A stretch of 64,000 nt of DNA, from assembly GCA_022605425.2 (NCBI GenBank), contig CM061254.1:558001-622000 (forward strand), read 5' to 3'. This stretch comes from Hamiltosporidium tvaerminnensis FI-OER-3-3 (Eukaryota; Fungi; Microsporidia). This document shows, piece by piece, positions 49,405-63,669 of the stretch (within the stretch, counting starts at the first letter, position 1; the number at the start of each line of letters is the position of its first letter). The position numbers and the translations under genes were made by a program. A model generated the notes under the pieces. The model was not told the DNA's origin and did no database searches. It saw nothing but the letters and a program-made list of their open reading frames with translations.

Positions 49405-51791
49405 TTATATTTTAAAATTTTTCGACGCTATGGCCCTTCTTACACACTTGAAATTATATATAATATCAAATTTAACTATTTCAAATATTGCTAGTTTTGT
49501 ATAATTCATATTTTCAAACAAATGAATATATTTTCGTAACTTATCAGAATCTGAAGCGGTTCCTAATTCCAAAATCCTAAGTCTTTTAAATTGAAATAAT
49601 TTGATGAATTCGAAATTATGAAATACATCTATATGAATATGGAGTTTTTTTACTGTATTTTTAATATTTGTCTCAAGTAATTTTCCAAAAATATTCAAGG
49701 TTGGTTCATTTCTCTTAATACCCAATTCTAAAACGAATAATCGTTTTATCTTTAAAAATACATTCAGATCTTCGTGATAAAGAGAATCACCATAGTAGGA
49801 AAGTCGCTCACAATTTTCAAGATTAAAAAATTTGGAAATAATATTCAAAATAGATACCCCATTTTGATATGAAAGCTCTGAATTGAATATAAACAAAATT
49901 GTTTTTAATTCAGGCTTTTTAGACATATATGGATGGATATTGAATCCTAATTTTTTTTCTATCCCCCCAATGTTTTTTTCTAGACTATTAAAAATAAATA
50001 TATCTGTAAAAATAAGATGTTGTAATGACTTGCATCTCTCCAAAAAATAGAAAAATCTACGATCTAATGAATTTTTTAGCCCTTTAAAATTTAAGTAAAC
50101 AATTGATTTGTTCAAAATATTGAACTTATTGGGGTCAATTTTTTTATTATATGTGAACGTTTTAAAATAGAGCGATTTTAATTTTTTACAATTCAAAATA
50201 TTTTTTAAAAGTTTATTCGTAATTTTAAGGTTTATAAAACGAATGTTTTTTAAAGATTTAAGCGAGTCTATGAAGTTATAGTCTCTTAGAGCCTTTTCTT
50301 TGGTGTTAAACAAATTTATATTTAAACGTGTTAGTTTTTCGAATCGGAATATACCTTTAAAATAAAATATATCAGATTTGTTAGTATAAAAATCAAAATC
50401 TACACCGATTAAGTATTTATAGTAGCCATCATTCGAAAGTTCTCTATGATTAACTTTGTCTTTAAATATTTCTATTTTGTTTGATGAATCTATAGACAAA
50501 TTATTTTTGTTTCCTATTAGTGGTTTTTTTTATCTGCGTACTTCTTGCAATAAATTTTAGGTATAATACATTTGAACACTTTGATCCCTTCAAGAAAAGT
50601 ATTATCTTCTAATAAACTTAATTCATCTGTTTCCATCTCGAATATATCAAACTTAAGACTTCTAACTCCTTTGAATGTATCTATTTTATCAAAGAATATC
50701 TTAAAGGAAAAATCTACAATTATTTTAATGTTAGTAACCAGCTGAAATAAACCGGTACTGTGTAATTTATCAATTAATGATACGTTTTCCGATGCAAAAA
50801 TCGCAATCTTTTTGATGTTTTCGGGTAAAAAATGTAGAAATGCATCTATTTTTAATATATTGAAAACATCTTTACTATCTCTTATATAGAATCTATCTAT
50901 ATAAAGCAGCTTACGCAAAATTCTCCAACTAGTATCAGGATATGATCTAATAAAGCGCAAATACGGTAATAAATTCAATCCAATGAGTTGCATCGTGGTT
51001 AAATTTTTATATTTTTTATGCTTTGTTTGTCTTTTTTTTGAACTTATTAAAAAAATTTGATCATATTCATGGAATGTGATATAACTGGTTAATTTATTTA
51101 ACATATAATACCGAAAGGAACATTCCACAACATCAAGAATATAGAAAACATCGTAACTTTTATAATTTAAAAGACTTTCTAGTCCGAGTTTCTCAATATA
51201 TTCTATATTAAAATTTTTAACTCGAAAAACCATACTTTTTATGAATTCATAATATTCTTCATTTCTTTCTGGTTTAAGAATGCTAAGATATTTTAGTATA
51301 CTAAAGAACGTATTTAATTCCATCACCATTATACTATCATGACTTGCTGTTAACTTTAGAAAAGACCGAAAATCTATATATTCACCCGCCTTTATATATA
51401 TTGTAATATCGGGTTGTAGTTCAACAATTTTTATTTCAAATAATTCAAATTTTAGAATGCTTTCATCAGGATATAAAAGAGTATGTGCCTCTGCACACGT
51501 GTTTTCTTCGTATGTTTTAGGCTTACAATTATTCAAAATAATAGATTCTCCTCTGTATAGGAAAAAATAACCGGTATTTTCTGCGCAAAGAATACACTCA
51601 CCGTCTATATTTATTTCTGAAATATTTACATTTAAACTGCACAGACAACAATTAAATCTAACAAATGGAAAACAACAGAAATATAAATTGAAAATACTAA
51701 TTGTGTATTCCATTACTATACAGCTTAAAGATAACCATGATATATTTTGAATTATATTCTGTTTCGAGTATTCTCTATATATGGTTTCCAT
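49405..51791 (-). CDS. Lineage-specific LRR-like protein (~790 aa), split by a 1-nt frameshift in an A8 run (50524-50531)
   Basis: The 424-aa and 364-aa ORFs join if A8 becomes A9 (DKKKPLIGNKNNLSIDSS). LxxLxxLxL-like repeats in the C-terminal half. An alternative start at 51713 gives a signal-peptide-like N-terminus. Confidence 0.7.
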
Positions 51792-52849
51792 ACTTGAGTT
51801 TTCTACGGCAAAAATATATATTAATAGAATAAATGAATTGATTAAAAAACACCTTACTATCTATAGTTTTAAATATATTTACTGTAAAGAATAACCTAAT
51901 TGGTCGCAAAATTCTTAAATATATCATAATATATCTTATATTAATTTGCTTCTATAGATAATTTTCCTATAATTAATGCAGTTCAAATTTATAAATATTT
52001 TTGCTTAAAGATTAAAATAACATAAAAAGATAAAAAAGGATTTAAAAAAGATAAAAAATAAATAGGTTTAAAAAGTTTCTTTACCTTTAGAATAGATTTA
52101 ATGAATCTACACAAAAATATATTTTTGTATACAATATCTTGCGATCCACACTTCTACCTTTTTGTAGTCTAAAATCAAATCATTCTTTACTTTCAAGATT
52201 CATTACACGGAAATTTGTATTATCATCGAACTTTACATTAGTGTTCAACTTGATTTTTTTCTAAAAAAAATGAACAGAACCTACTATCTATCGGATATAT
52301 CTGCTTTGAGTTATAAATCTCTAAATATATATTATGATTTGAATCGAACATGCAAAGTTTATTTATTGATGCTTTCTAAGTAAAATGGCCTAATTTTTAA
52401 TCGATTTCTACCAGTTTTCATATATGTCTTAAAAAAATACGAATTGTGGTAAATTTTAATTCGGAATACACTGGGTTTGTTAAAATGAGACCAAGTTATT
52501 TTCAAAAATATTTATATTTATTTAATTTTGGCGTTTATTATCTTATGGTGTTTCAAATAAAAAAACCTTTTGGACTGTTAACTATTATACAGAGATTTAG
52601 AAGCTAAAATGTCGGGAATTATAAGTCTTATCAAGAATATAAATGGATTATAAACACCTTAAGAATACCTTACATTTAAATTGACATGGTTTAAGGTTAT
52701 ATCATTAATGAGACTTATTTAACCCTTAATTAGCTAGTATTTACATTACACGTATTAATTAAATTTCTAACATTATCTATCTTTTAATATAAATATACGA
52801 AAAACATTTGGCATTAAATAGCAAAAAGTAATAATACAGGCGGTAAACG

Positions 52850-54350
52850 AAATTGATTGAGTGAATAAAAGTAAAAATATTAGGCTAAATCATGAACATA
52901 ACTACCGATAAATAAATATTTTTATCTTTCGATGCCTATAAAGCACACTCACCGCCGAGCAAAAATGCAATAAAACACGTCTGCAGGTTTGATCACTACC
53001 CTCACTCGCAATACGCCCTCCGATTTGGTTAATGCTCTTGCGTTTCAGCCATCGTTAGAAATGTTAAACCTTCGAGTTTTAGGAAAGGCAAAATAACACT
53101 GCGTGGGCTGCCGAATATACTTTTTTAGGTAACGCATCTTATGAGATATAAACCGCAATTGATTTATAGGCCAATCTCCTATTATAGCGAATTAAAACAG
53201 ATTCAAAAAGCAATTGGGAATTTTCAGTTGTTCATCCTTGACACTGCGAGGTAAAAGTGGATGGAATAAGCAAGCAAGTAAGGTACACATCTATTTGCGA
53301 AATACCCTCGAAATATTATTACGCATCAGACAAGTAATATAAGAATTCTTCAATGATGCTGGACAGAGTATCGTCTATACTATAAAGCGAAATTTGGATG
53401 TACGGTAGCTCTCGATGTATTAAATACATCTGCACGTAACGAAACCTAAAAGACAATGGAGCAATAATAACCGTCATTTGACTCACCGAAACATTCTCTC
53501 GCCGAAAACGCTTCTTTTAATAGCCCGAGGGAGATTTAAATTGTAAAATCAAGCAAGAATGAAAGAAAAAATCGAGATACAGTGATTCAAACTTGAAATC
53601 AGCCAATGAAATTATGTTTGGAGCAAAGTAGAGAAAAATCTTCGATTATCTAGAAATCGCGTAGAACATATTTAATTCGTTTAATTACATATAACGTACA
53701 TATCATACAAGAGAAGAGGCATTTTTTATAAACAACTTAAAACAGAAACATATTTACGCTCTAAAGAGAAACCTTGTGAATGGAATTAACGAAGATTTTC
53801 TTCTGATATTTTATCTCGAACGGCTGTAACTACCAAAAATCTCGGCTTGGGAACAATTAGCCAGCAGAAAAATGCCAGAATTTGTTCGAACATAATATTA
53901 AAAAAATCTTTGTGGCTTTGGTTTCGAAAAACGGAATCCTGGAACGTCTTAGAAAGAAATAGGCAATGAATTCTGCAAGTAGCATTATTTAAAAATGAAT
54001 CATATGTACACACCGTACAAAATTCTTATTTTTAATGCGCTAACTGAAAAGGGGTTATAACATAGGGTTTATTTTCTGAAATCGTGGGTTTTTTGTCTAC
54101 ACTATAAAACAAAATGAAGAAATTTCCGTTTAAAATTATTATTTCATTTAAACCAAATCAAATAATCATTCGGATATTTCTTCTCCCTATGAATGGATAA
54201 GCTTGCACTATATCTTTCTAACTGAGAGACTTAGACGTTAACGGGTTCTATAATTTATCTGTCGATAACTTGCTAAATTTTACATATATCTTTATTTAAT
54301 GTCGAATCCATTCCCAGCCATTGCCCATTTCATAACAAAATTTAATAGAA
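52850..54350 (-). mobile_element. Possible relic of a protein-primed family-B DNA polymerase (Polinton/Maverick or linear plasmid type)
   Basis: GC-elevated. Collinear fragments PRAIKRSVFGER, TILCPASLKN, FEGISQIDV, LFHPLLPRSVKDEQLKIPNC and IIGDW resemble the pPolB pattern GGR / SLYP / FG / L.HP.LP....KL.FP.C / G.W. Confidence 0.4.
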
Positions 54351-55149
54351 AATAAAAATAAATTATGAATAAATCAATTTTTTCTTCGCAGAGCTTTTTT
54401 ATAACAAAAGTTCAAATATTTTTTATTTATATTTATATTCTGGTAGGAAAAAATATATTGTATTTTTAATAAGTAAAAATTTTTTCAGAAACAAACTGAT
54501 GTGATAAATATGTATGGAAGAATTAAAAACAAAAAAATGTTCCGAAATTTATATTTTTAAATCATCACAATTTTAAGCTTAAAATGAATGATAATAATAT
54601 AATATTTTTTTAACAGTCTCAAATTAAAATCGAGAGAAATATGGCGCTGAATGAAAAATGATGCGGAAGTATACTTCAGTCGTTTAAAATTTAATCTCGA
54701 TAAGCAATACAATAAACGAGAGCTTTATAGCAAGCAAAAGCCTAAAAAGGTAAATTATCGAGTTTTATTAAGAAAATCTTTGGAATTTTTTTATAGAAGT
54801 GGAGATGATTAGGATTTTACTAGAATGCTAAGAAAAACAGAAAATATCTACGAAAACGTATTAAGAAGTATTTGTATGAGGAATTGTTTCATATCTGCAA
54901 TAAAACAAACGTTCAAAAGCCAGTTTCTTTTTTTACTCATTTTTTTTCCTAATAGTGATATTTTATATGCTTTTATTTTCATTATTCGTTCAATGATCGT
55001 TTTTTTTGAAAAAATTTGCATTTCTTAATATTTAAAAAAAAATAAGAAACTAAAAGAAAATGGTTTATTAGAATAAATGGTGCGATCAAATGAATTTATG
55101 TGAATTAAATTGACCCAATATATTATTTTTAGAGTTAAAAAGTTAAAAA

Positions 55150-57650
55150 ATGTGGTTCTGGAATGAGCAAAGGGATTGAAACGGCTCGACCTTTAATGTG
55201 TTTAACGATACTTTAGAAACCTAAACCCGGTGTTAAATGTTCTGGATTTGATTTTAATTCTGAAAGGTACTCTACAAAGAGGTTATGACTATAGTTTAAT
55301 TACGTATACAGATGATTCTATAGGAAACTCAAAATGCGTAATATAAATAGTTTAGATGAAGTTTAAAGTGGGTTTCTATTGAAATCTGTAAGAACAGTGA
55401 GAATGTATAATAAGCGAAAACTCAACCCTTTTACATTGCTCCAAAAAATTGTACGGAATACATCATACAGATGCGTTTCATGATTACCAAAAACTTTTGT
55501 ACGAAAAGTTTAGGATGATTTGACTTAATGAAGAATAAAAATTTCGATTAACAGATGTAATCTACAAATTTATTTAGTTAAAAATTTTTGAATTGAAATT
55601 TAAATCTCACTTTGGCCTGAGAAAATCATTAACACCAATATTAAAAGTATGAATAATAAGATATACGTTTGTTGCTAAAACATTTGTGTTAGATTGGAAT
55701 TTTTGAGCTGAAAACTTTGTGTAAAGTGACCAAGATAACATAAATGGCGTTCTTCTTAGCCAAAATAATATCGTTTAATCCATGATCCCAAGGTTTTGGG
55801 TGTATAAATTTGACCGTTGGAACATTAAAAGAATGCAAAAACAATCAAAGTCTATTTGATCATAGATCAACAAAAGAAACCTAGCCACACATGATGCATT
55901 CAATAAATGAGCTTCTAATACGCCAAAAAGTGCATATTTTATTAATATTTGGACAAAAGAATATATAAAAGCACATAACGCGTATTTCGTTCAAAATAAA
56001 TCGAAGAGAACGGGAATTAAGGTCAAAACTTTCCTTATTTTATTTTATACCAAAATTATATTCCGCAACTAATCAACATATCCATTTCGTTAATAAGTAT
56101 GCATCTAGCGCCTTTTCAACCATTAAGCTGGCCTTACAAAGGTAGATGAGGCACAGGACATAGTGTTTTAAGAATATAAGGCGGATCTTGATTATGATGC
56201 AGAAGCGTCAATATCTCCCTAAAAAAAACCTTATAGGATTTCATCATTGTATTATACTGTACAAAGAAACATATGCTTTAACCTGATTTTTCTGGAAGTG
56301 GTAGAAAATATCATTCCAACGAGAAGATAATCTCAAAGTTTATGTTACTACTACCTATTTGCAAGAATAAAGAATTTCTCGAAGGAAAATTTAGATTAGA
56401 ATATATACTAGAGTAAACAACCTCGAAGAGCGTTAACTAGAGAAATAAATACAGCGAAATAGAGCACTAAATTTTTTTTCACAATTCTAATAGGTATGAA
56501 GAAGGAGATCACAAGGGTTTTACCTTTTTTATATAGCAAAAATGAAGAAATATCAGATTACACGATGAATCAGTATTTTTCTATATTCAAAATATAAATC
56601 CATATTGGGAAACTGAAAAAAGTATTAACTGGAAAAATCCTACAACGGGAACAGCATTTTGCAGCTTTATGTCTGAAAATACTTGATTATGAATACACCA
56701 GACAGAATAATAAATTTTTATTGAGTTATACTTTCTGCGCCGATATATTTTGATTTCTTTCAAAAAAACAGACCTAAATTCGGGGGGAAATATTCAAAGT
56801 CGTTTTTTGGTAATAAAGTGAACACTCATAAGCAAATATTTGTGAGTATGCATAACGATTTGACCAATGTTTTATTTTAAATGCGATAAGAACATGATAA
56901 CAATTTGTAAAATGTGATTCACATCAGAAGATTCAATTACACGGTTTTAAACGAACAACTATAGATTATAATCCATCATCCAATCAAAAGGGTCTCAAAT
57001 ATAAACGTACTTTTGGGAAAATGCTTTATAAGATAACATTTGGCTGTGTGTGGCAAAAAAAATGCAATGTTTCCCTTAGAACCCGAGAGATACTGTGAAT
57101 GATGAGCATAAATTAATTTGAAAATAGATTTAAAAACCTGAATCCATTTCTTAAGATCGAGGAAGAGAACAGTCTATGAACCGAATACGAAGAGAGTTTC
57201 TAGAAGGTATCAATTAGTATCACAAAAAAAACAATATACATGAGGTACTTTACTCTCTTTAAAACAAGCAGTTAATTGCAAAGATGAGACTAAACTGTAG
57301 AAGCAAAAACAACACACACCTTATTTCGGCATAAAAACTATCCGGAGGAACTCAAATATACGTAAATGAAAATTCGGATTTAGAAAAGGAAAGAAATTGT
57401 GATAAAGAGACAGAAGAAGATATATAAAGTTGGTAAATGTATTAATAGATGTTTTCAGATGCAATTACTGATCCATGCATTATAAGTCTAATAAAACTAT
57501 ATTTATAAATCTTATAGTAAAAAATTTAGAAGACAAAACTCAAAGGGATACTTGGTAAATATTTTACTATTTTAACATTCCCACAATTTTGTGCCTGTTT
57601 ATTTTAATAGTTAAGCCGACCGAAAAATCGGATAGAAAGTCGTATTAACT
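55150..57650 (+). mobile_element. Highly degenerate APE-RT LINE relic
   Basis: Weak ordered remnants resembling NVRT, TNQ.I.H, R...AD...D and IIHHPIK. No intact motifs. Confidence 0.3.
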
Positions 57651-58988
57651 CAAAAAAATACAAAATTAATATTAGGAATTTAAGAAATCAAATTGTTTAC
57701 GTGTTTTTCCAAATATATATTTTTATGGTTTTATTTTATAAAAATATTTTTGTGATGTTTCTAAATACTGAATGATAAATATCAGTCCGAATATATAGAA
57801 AACATTAATGAAACGAAAAATTCACAATTTGTTTTTTTATTCTATTTTTTTGTTTAAATATGGTTCTAATATTAAAACGTTAAATACCACAATAAATATC
57901 AAGAGTTTAACTTTCAAATACTACTTAGAACCATATTCAAATAAATATAAAAAAGAAAAGAATGTACATGAAAACAATCCTTTGTATAAAAACCCAATCC
58001 AAATTTTCTATAAAAAAACAAAAAAAATTATAGAAAAGATTTTTATGTTTGTATAAACAGTTAATAAAGTCGTTATTATCGCATAGTATAGGAGTGGTTG
58101 AAATGAGATTCAAACAACAATTGAAATAATAGATAATAAACATTATCGTAGTTTATTTCCATATTTACTTCATGTCAACAAATGAGCCATCAGTGTGAAG
58201 CTGCGACCGGTTTATGTCTAAAATTAGTTTTTTTTTGGATTTTGAATTACCAATTTCGCCTGTTTATACCAGACATTCATATTCTATATCATTGGTTTTG
58301 GAAGATTTTTTAACTAAATAATTACGAAACAGTTTTTTTGTTATTTGTATATGCCAACCGTTCTTTTTTATTGTACTTTCTTCTCAAGTTTAATAATCTA
58401 TGTTTAAAACAATTATTATAAAAAAGATCAAAAAATTACAATTTCACAGCCGTTTATCTAAATATATTTTATTAAACCGAATCTTATTGCTTAAGATTTT
58501 CATATTTTGCTGTTAAAACAAAAAAATGTATCAAAATAAATTAACGATAAAACACAGAGTAAAATATAAAACTAGCAAATAAAAGAATAAAAATCGAAAT
58601 TTAAACCTTTTTTAATTAATTGTATCTTTTCTTGTTTCATTCGCATCTCTTCTCTTTTTTTTGGCTTTTTGTTGTTTTTAATTTATTTTTTTTCTATTTT
58701 TCTTTCCTTTTTTAATGTATCTACTCTACCATGTTATTATAAACAAATTTTTTACCTAGCCTTCTAATGATTATCCTACGAAAATGTTCGTTAATTTCCA
58801 AAAATTACAAATATAATATTTTCTATGGTCATATGCTTTAGAACTTTCCCAACCGCAAGAATTAATTTTGAAATTAAAAAAATAACAGACAGGGGTGGCG
58901 CAAACCCAACGATTATAAATGAAAACCCTATGAATCGAAATTTGATATAATTTAGATAAATAATAAATCTGTCTTAATATATCGAGCT

Positions 58989-61150
58989 TTATACCTTTTT
59001 TACAACGATTCTTCTCGGTTTAAAGTTTTCTTTTATAAATTTAATAGTTTCTTTTGATAAATTATCATTTAGGTAATAATATTTAAGTTCTATCAAATAT
59101 TCATTCTCAAACACAAATTTTAGAAAAGAATAAGGGGTTTGGTCAATTTTGCATGCTCTTAATTCGACTGATTTAAGTTTTTTAAGATTTGCAGTAAACC
59201 TCAAATCTTTTTCTACAATATTTATTTCAACCAAGAAGAGTTTTTTTATGTTGTATTCATGTGAGGTACAAAACAATTCTGAAAAATAAATGTTTTGAAA
59301 TATATTTCTATAAACTGTGAAATCCATTAGATTAAACAAATTCCCAATGCTTCTACATTATATTCTGAAATGGTAAAATAACAAAGACACAGTTTTTTTA
59401 TAGAAATTGGATCATATTTTTCAAATAAAACCTTTAATGAATCGGAAGAAGATTCAAGATTCGAAATATGGTTCTTAGGAGCTTAAAAGTGAAAATTTTT
59501 CTTATTTTGTAAAAGTTCTAAAAAATCAATCATTTCATTAATATTCAGAAGACATAATTCTGCAATATGAAAAACCTGAGTTATAAAACGGCTTAAGATA
59601 AAGGTAGAGCTTGATTCACAAGTCACATGCACAAGAGATATCATCATATTGATTAACTCGAAAAAATAACGAAAATCATCATTATTTCTAGGTTTGAAAT
59701 AAAATTTTTTAATAGATTTGTTTCTAATGCGGTAAAATTTTCAAAATATATTTTCGAGCTTCGTATTTCTAAAGTTTCAAGCCCATTTATAGTTAAAATC
59801 TGATTTAGAAAATTCGAAGTTATTTTCAGAATCTATAATAATAATTGCTTTTATTTCCTTTTCGAAAATAGCATCATGGATTGGGAATTTTTGCAAATAT
59901 AATTCTTTTAGAATAATTGAAATATAATAAAAAGCCTCACTGTATTTGTAAAAGAACCTGACTTATAAAATGTTACACTTAAAATTAATGCACTCAAAAA
60001 CTTTAACTTTATCTTTAAATGTATCTTCGTTGAAAATCTTTAAATCAAAATCTTTGTTTTTTCCTGGTTAATTTTTATTGAAAACAATTAATTTTTCTGA
60101 TGTGTATTGTTGGTATGTATCTTTTAGATTTTTAATTAGCTTTTCAATTGTACTTAGGCTTTCAATATCATTCACTCTATAAACTGTATATTTATTTTCT
60201 GAATCACTATTTTCACAAACTATAAATTCGCTTCTTTCGCTTAAAAGATCTAGAAAATCTAACTTTGCTTCAATTGTAGATCTATAAAAATGAATTTTTT
60301 TTTACCAGCGAATTTTGAATTTATATTCAGCGATCTAAAGGTTTCATCAAATATGTAACATTGATAAAATACGATCTCATAAATTTTCTTTTTTAAATTT
60401 TCTAAAATAAAGCAAAAAGTCTTCGGATTTTTTTTGTTTAAAAAGTATATGTGTAAATACTTTATATCTAATGTATTAAGGATCAGTAAAAATTTTGACT
60501 TTTTTGATCCACAGCCACTTTTTCGGAAAAAAATGAATTAAATTTGTCATTTATAATTAAACTATATTTTCTCTCTTCGGTATATAAACGATTATATTGA
60601 TTATAAAAGCAAGAGAGGTCGTCTTTAAAAAATTTATAAGTTGAAGTTGTTTTAAAATTTATAATTTTAAAATATTCCTATGATATTTTTTTAAATAAGT
60701 TGTGTGAAAAATATTCTTGCTTGGTGAAATGAAACAAATTTTTTTCAATATCAAAATTTCGCATCTCATCAGATTCTAGCAAAGAATACAATATTGATTT
60801 TATACGATTTGCAATATATTATCATATTTAACTTTAAAATATTCTAAAAAATACAATATTGTATAAAACTTGTCAATCGTCATTTTATAATCTGGTAAAT
60901 AGTATGAATTAAAAAAATTATAAAATATTAAAAAATCCGATTTCATTATATGATGACAGAGAAAAATTTCGATATTTGAAGTTATATCGTCAAATTTCTC
61001 AATAATTTCTAACTTTATAGCAATTTTTTCAATAAATCTTATAAAATACTTATCATATTGCTAATCAGAATTTCCGATAAACATTTTCTCAATACATTTC
61101 TTTCGGCCATTTCATTCATCATTTTTCCTTTTTTTGGCATAGACATTCAG
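58989..61150 (-). pseudogene. Decayed LRR-like gene; its C-terminal fragment is ORF 58989-59339
   Basis: LRR-like NLKKLKSVELRACKI, upstream frameshifted fragments, and paralogy with 42.4-44.7 kb. Confidence 0.7.
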
Positions 61151-63669
61151 TTTTGATTTCAGTTTTGAATATTCCCGAATCCTTTATTTATTAACATTTA
61201 AGAGATTAAATGCTACATCTATTTCGCTCAAATGCCCGCTAAATATAAAAATTAGTGGTTTGTAGAATAAATGTATACAACGAAAGCACTGATAAAATTT
61301 CATGAATTTTAGAAATAAGCTCCGTATTTATTATTTAAAAACCAATTTACTATTTTTGTTTTTATTAAAATAATATTTATTTTCTTTTACAGAGAGCGAA
61401 AAGTCATAAATGATCACAATTTATAAAATTTATAGTTCTCTTACATATATATGGCAAAAGTTTCATATATTAAGATTTGTAAATTTTAATGTGATTTTAT
61501 GAACTTTGGATAAATTAGGAACATTTTGTCAACGTAAGATCGTTCTTTTTAAATAAATGACAAGCATTGAAAGTTTTTTGACATTCTAGTCTAGTTTTAT
61601 ATTACAAATTACCAAAAAAGATAATTTTTGAACTTATTCTAGAATTCGTCTCCTCAAAAAAAAACAAAATTCGGTTGTTCTTAAAATTGGAATAAAGTAT
61701 ATTGAGGGACACGCATTTTTTCACTGGATAATTTAAAAATATATGACTAAAACAATAAAAAAAGTAGCCAATAAATGTAGAATCTAAAATCTTAATTCTT
61801 TTAATAAAAATTTTAAAAACTTTAATAAAATATACCCGTAAAAAATAGGATAAATTAAGTTTTATACATAGTCTACCATTTTTCAATTATACTTCTGTAT
61901 TTTGCTGTTGAATTTCTCTTTTTTTTATTTAAACTTTTGTTTTCATTTTAAAGCCTGCTGTAAACTATAATCTTTATTCATGTTTAAATTAAATTTCTTA
62001 AGCTAATTCTAATTGAAAAAATTTTAACTTTTTCAAGCAGCAATGTTTTTTGAGAACTAATAATCTGTAGATATATTTTTTTGAGAACTAATAATCTGTA
62101 GATATATATATATCCGATTTAAAAATTTTTAGGTGATTTAAATATTTTTTATGGATATAAAAAGTAAAAACAAAATACACTTATGAAATTACAGAAAAAC
62201 TAGATATGAATATCGGATGAAATTAAGCAATAAAAAAAATTCGCCAATTAGAAAATTCTCATAATAAATATCTTTAAAAGCAAAAAAAAGCCATGAGACA
62301 GTTCGTATATTCAAAGTTCTATCTTTTAATACAGAAAAGCTTGGTTTTTAGTATGAGTCCTCAAATAGAATACATCTCGGCTTTATTTTTGTATCCAAGC
62401 TCTTAGATTGAAAAAATTCATCTTTATGCGCTAAACACGAGTCGAAAAGCAACCCAAACTAGAAATTGCCCAACTTTTAATGCGACACAAACAGGGTATT
62501 TTAAGAAGCGCTAATAAAGCCTTTGAGAATTATAGGATATTGTATTGAAATACTTGAACCACTTTAAGTCGAATAAATGAAGAAATTTGGTCAAACGAAC
62601 GATTAAAACATACCGATTTTCTTCTTAGGTTTTATTTTCGCCTGATACTGAACAAATGTATAATTTAGAATGATTTTTGAAAAAATCAACGAAATTCAGT
62701 GAATTTAAATGGAAAAATTCCTTTCATTTTTAAAAAATTCTATCAGATTCTCATTAATGAACTATTGAGTTTTAGATAAGGATCTAGCTACACATAATAC
62801 TCTACTCTTAAGGTAAAACAAATAAAAGGTATTATATGTCAACAAGCGGATAGGTGAAATTTAAAGAACGATTTACAATAGAGACGAAATTGCTTTTGAT
62901 GCCGGAAAAATAAAGAAAATTTTAAGCCAAATAATCCGAATCTTTATCTAGAAGGTGCTGTGAATGTGTAATTTCTTTTTTTATTTCGAAGGTTTTTTTT
63001 ACATTTTATATGATAATGGATTCTTAACATACAAACGAAATCAACCGGTTAAAGCTTAGATCTAAGAAAAATTATTTTTCAATGCGATGTCAAAAAAGTA
63101 CGAATTTCTAACTCAAAAATCACTTTTCTAAAAAGACATAAGCAGTGCCGTTTTCTAAACATACATTGGCAGGAGCAATTTGAAAATTGGAATTTAAAGA
63201 ATGTTTTTTTACAAAAGTACCTTGTTATTGATGATGGCCTTCACAATCGAAAATATAGAGAAAATTAATATCCAGGATAATAATTTCTTTTTCCTCATGA
63301 AATAATTAGGGTATATTCTCTTTACACTCTGTACTAATAAAAAGAATTGATGTATAATAGAGGTAATGACAAAATTAAAAATATTAATAAATTTTTGTCT
63401 GTATAAACAATATTTTCAATTTTTACTTTACTATATTGTTGAATTCTTCTATTGCAAACATATATTATATGCGAATTCATGACAGGGTGATTATATATGT
63501 AAATTCTTATAAAACCTATGAAACTTTAATTGCGCAATTAATCATTTGTACTTTTTGTAGCTTAAATCAAATTATTGACAAAATTAGTTCATTTTGTTGG
63601 TAATTTAAAACACTGCTCAAAAATAAACAGAAAAAAGCTACAGATTGAATCAATGACTTCGTCTTCGCC

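Noticed and set aside
62300-63200. Gypsy integrase/RT relic
   Set aside because: Only one weak GQT.R-like word; not enough ordered motifs to support a call.
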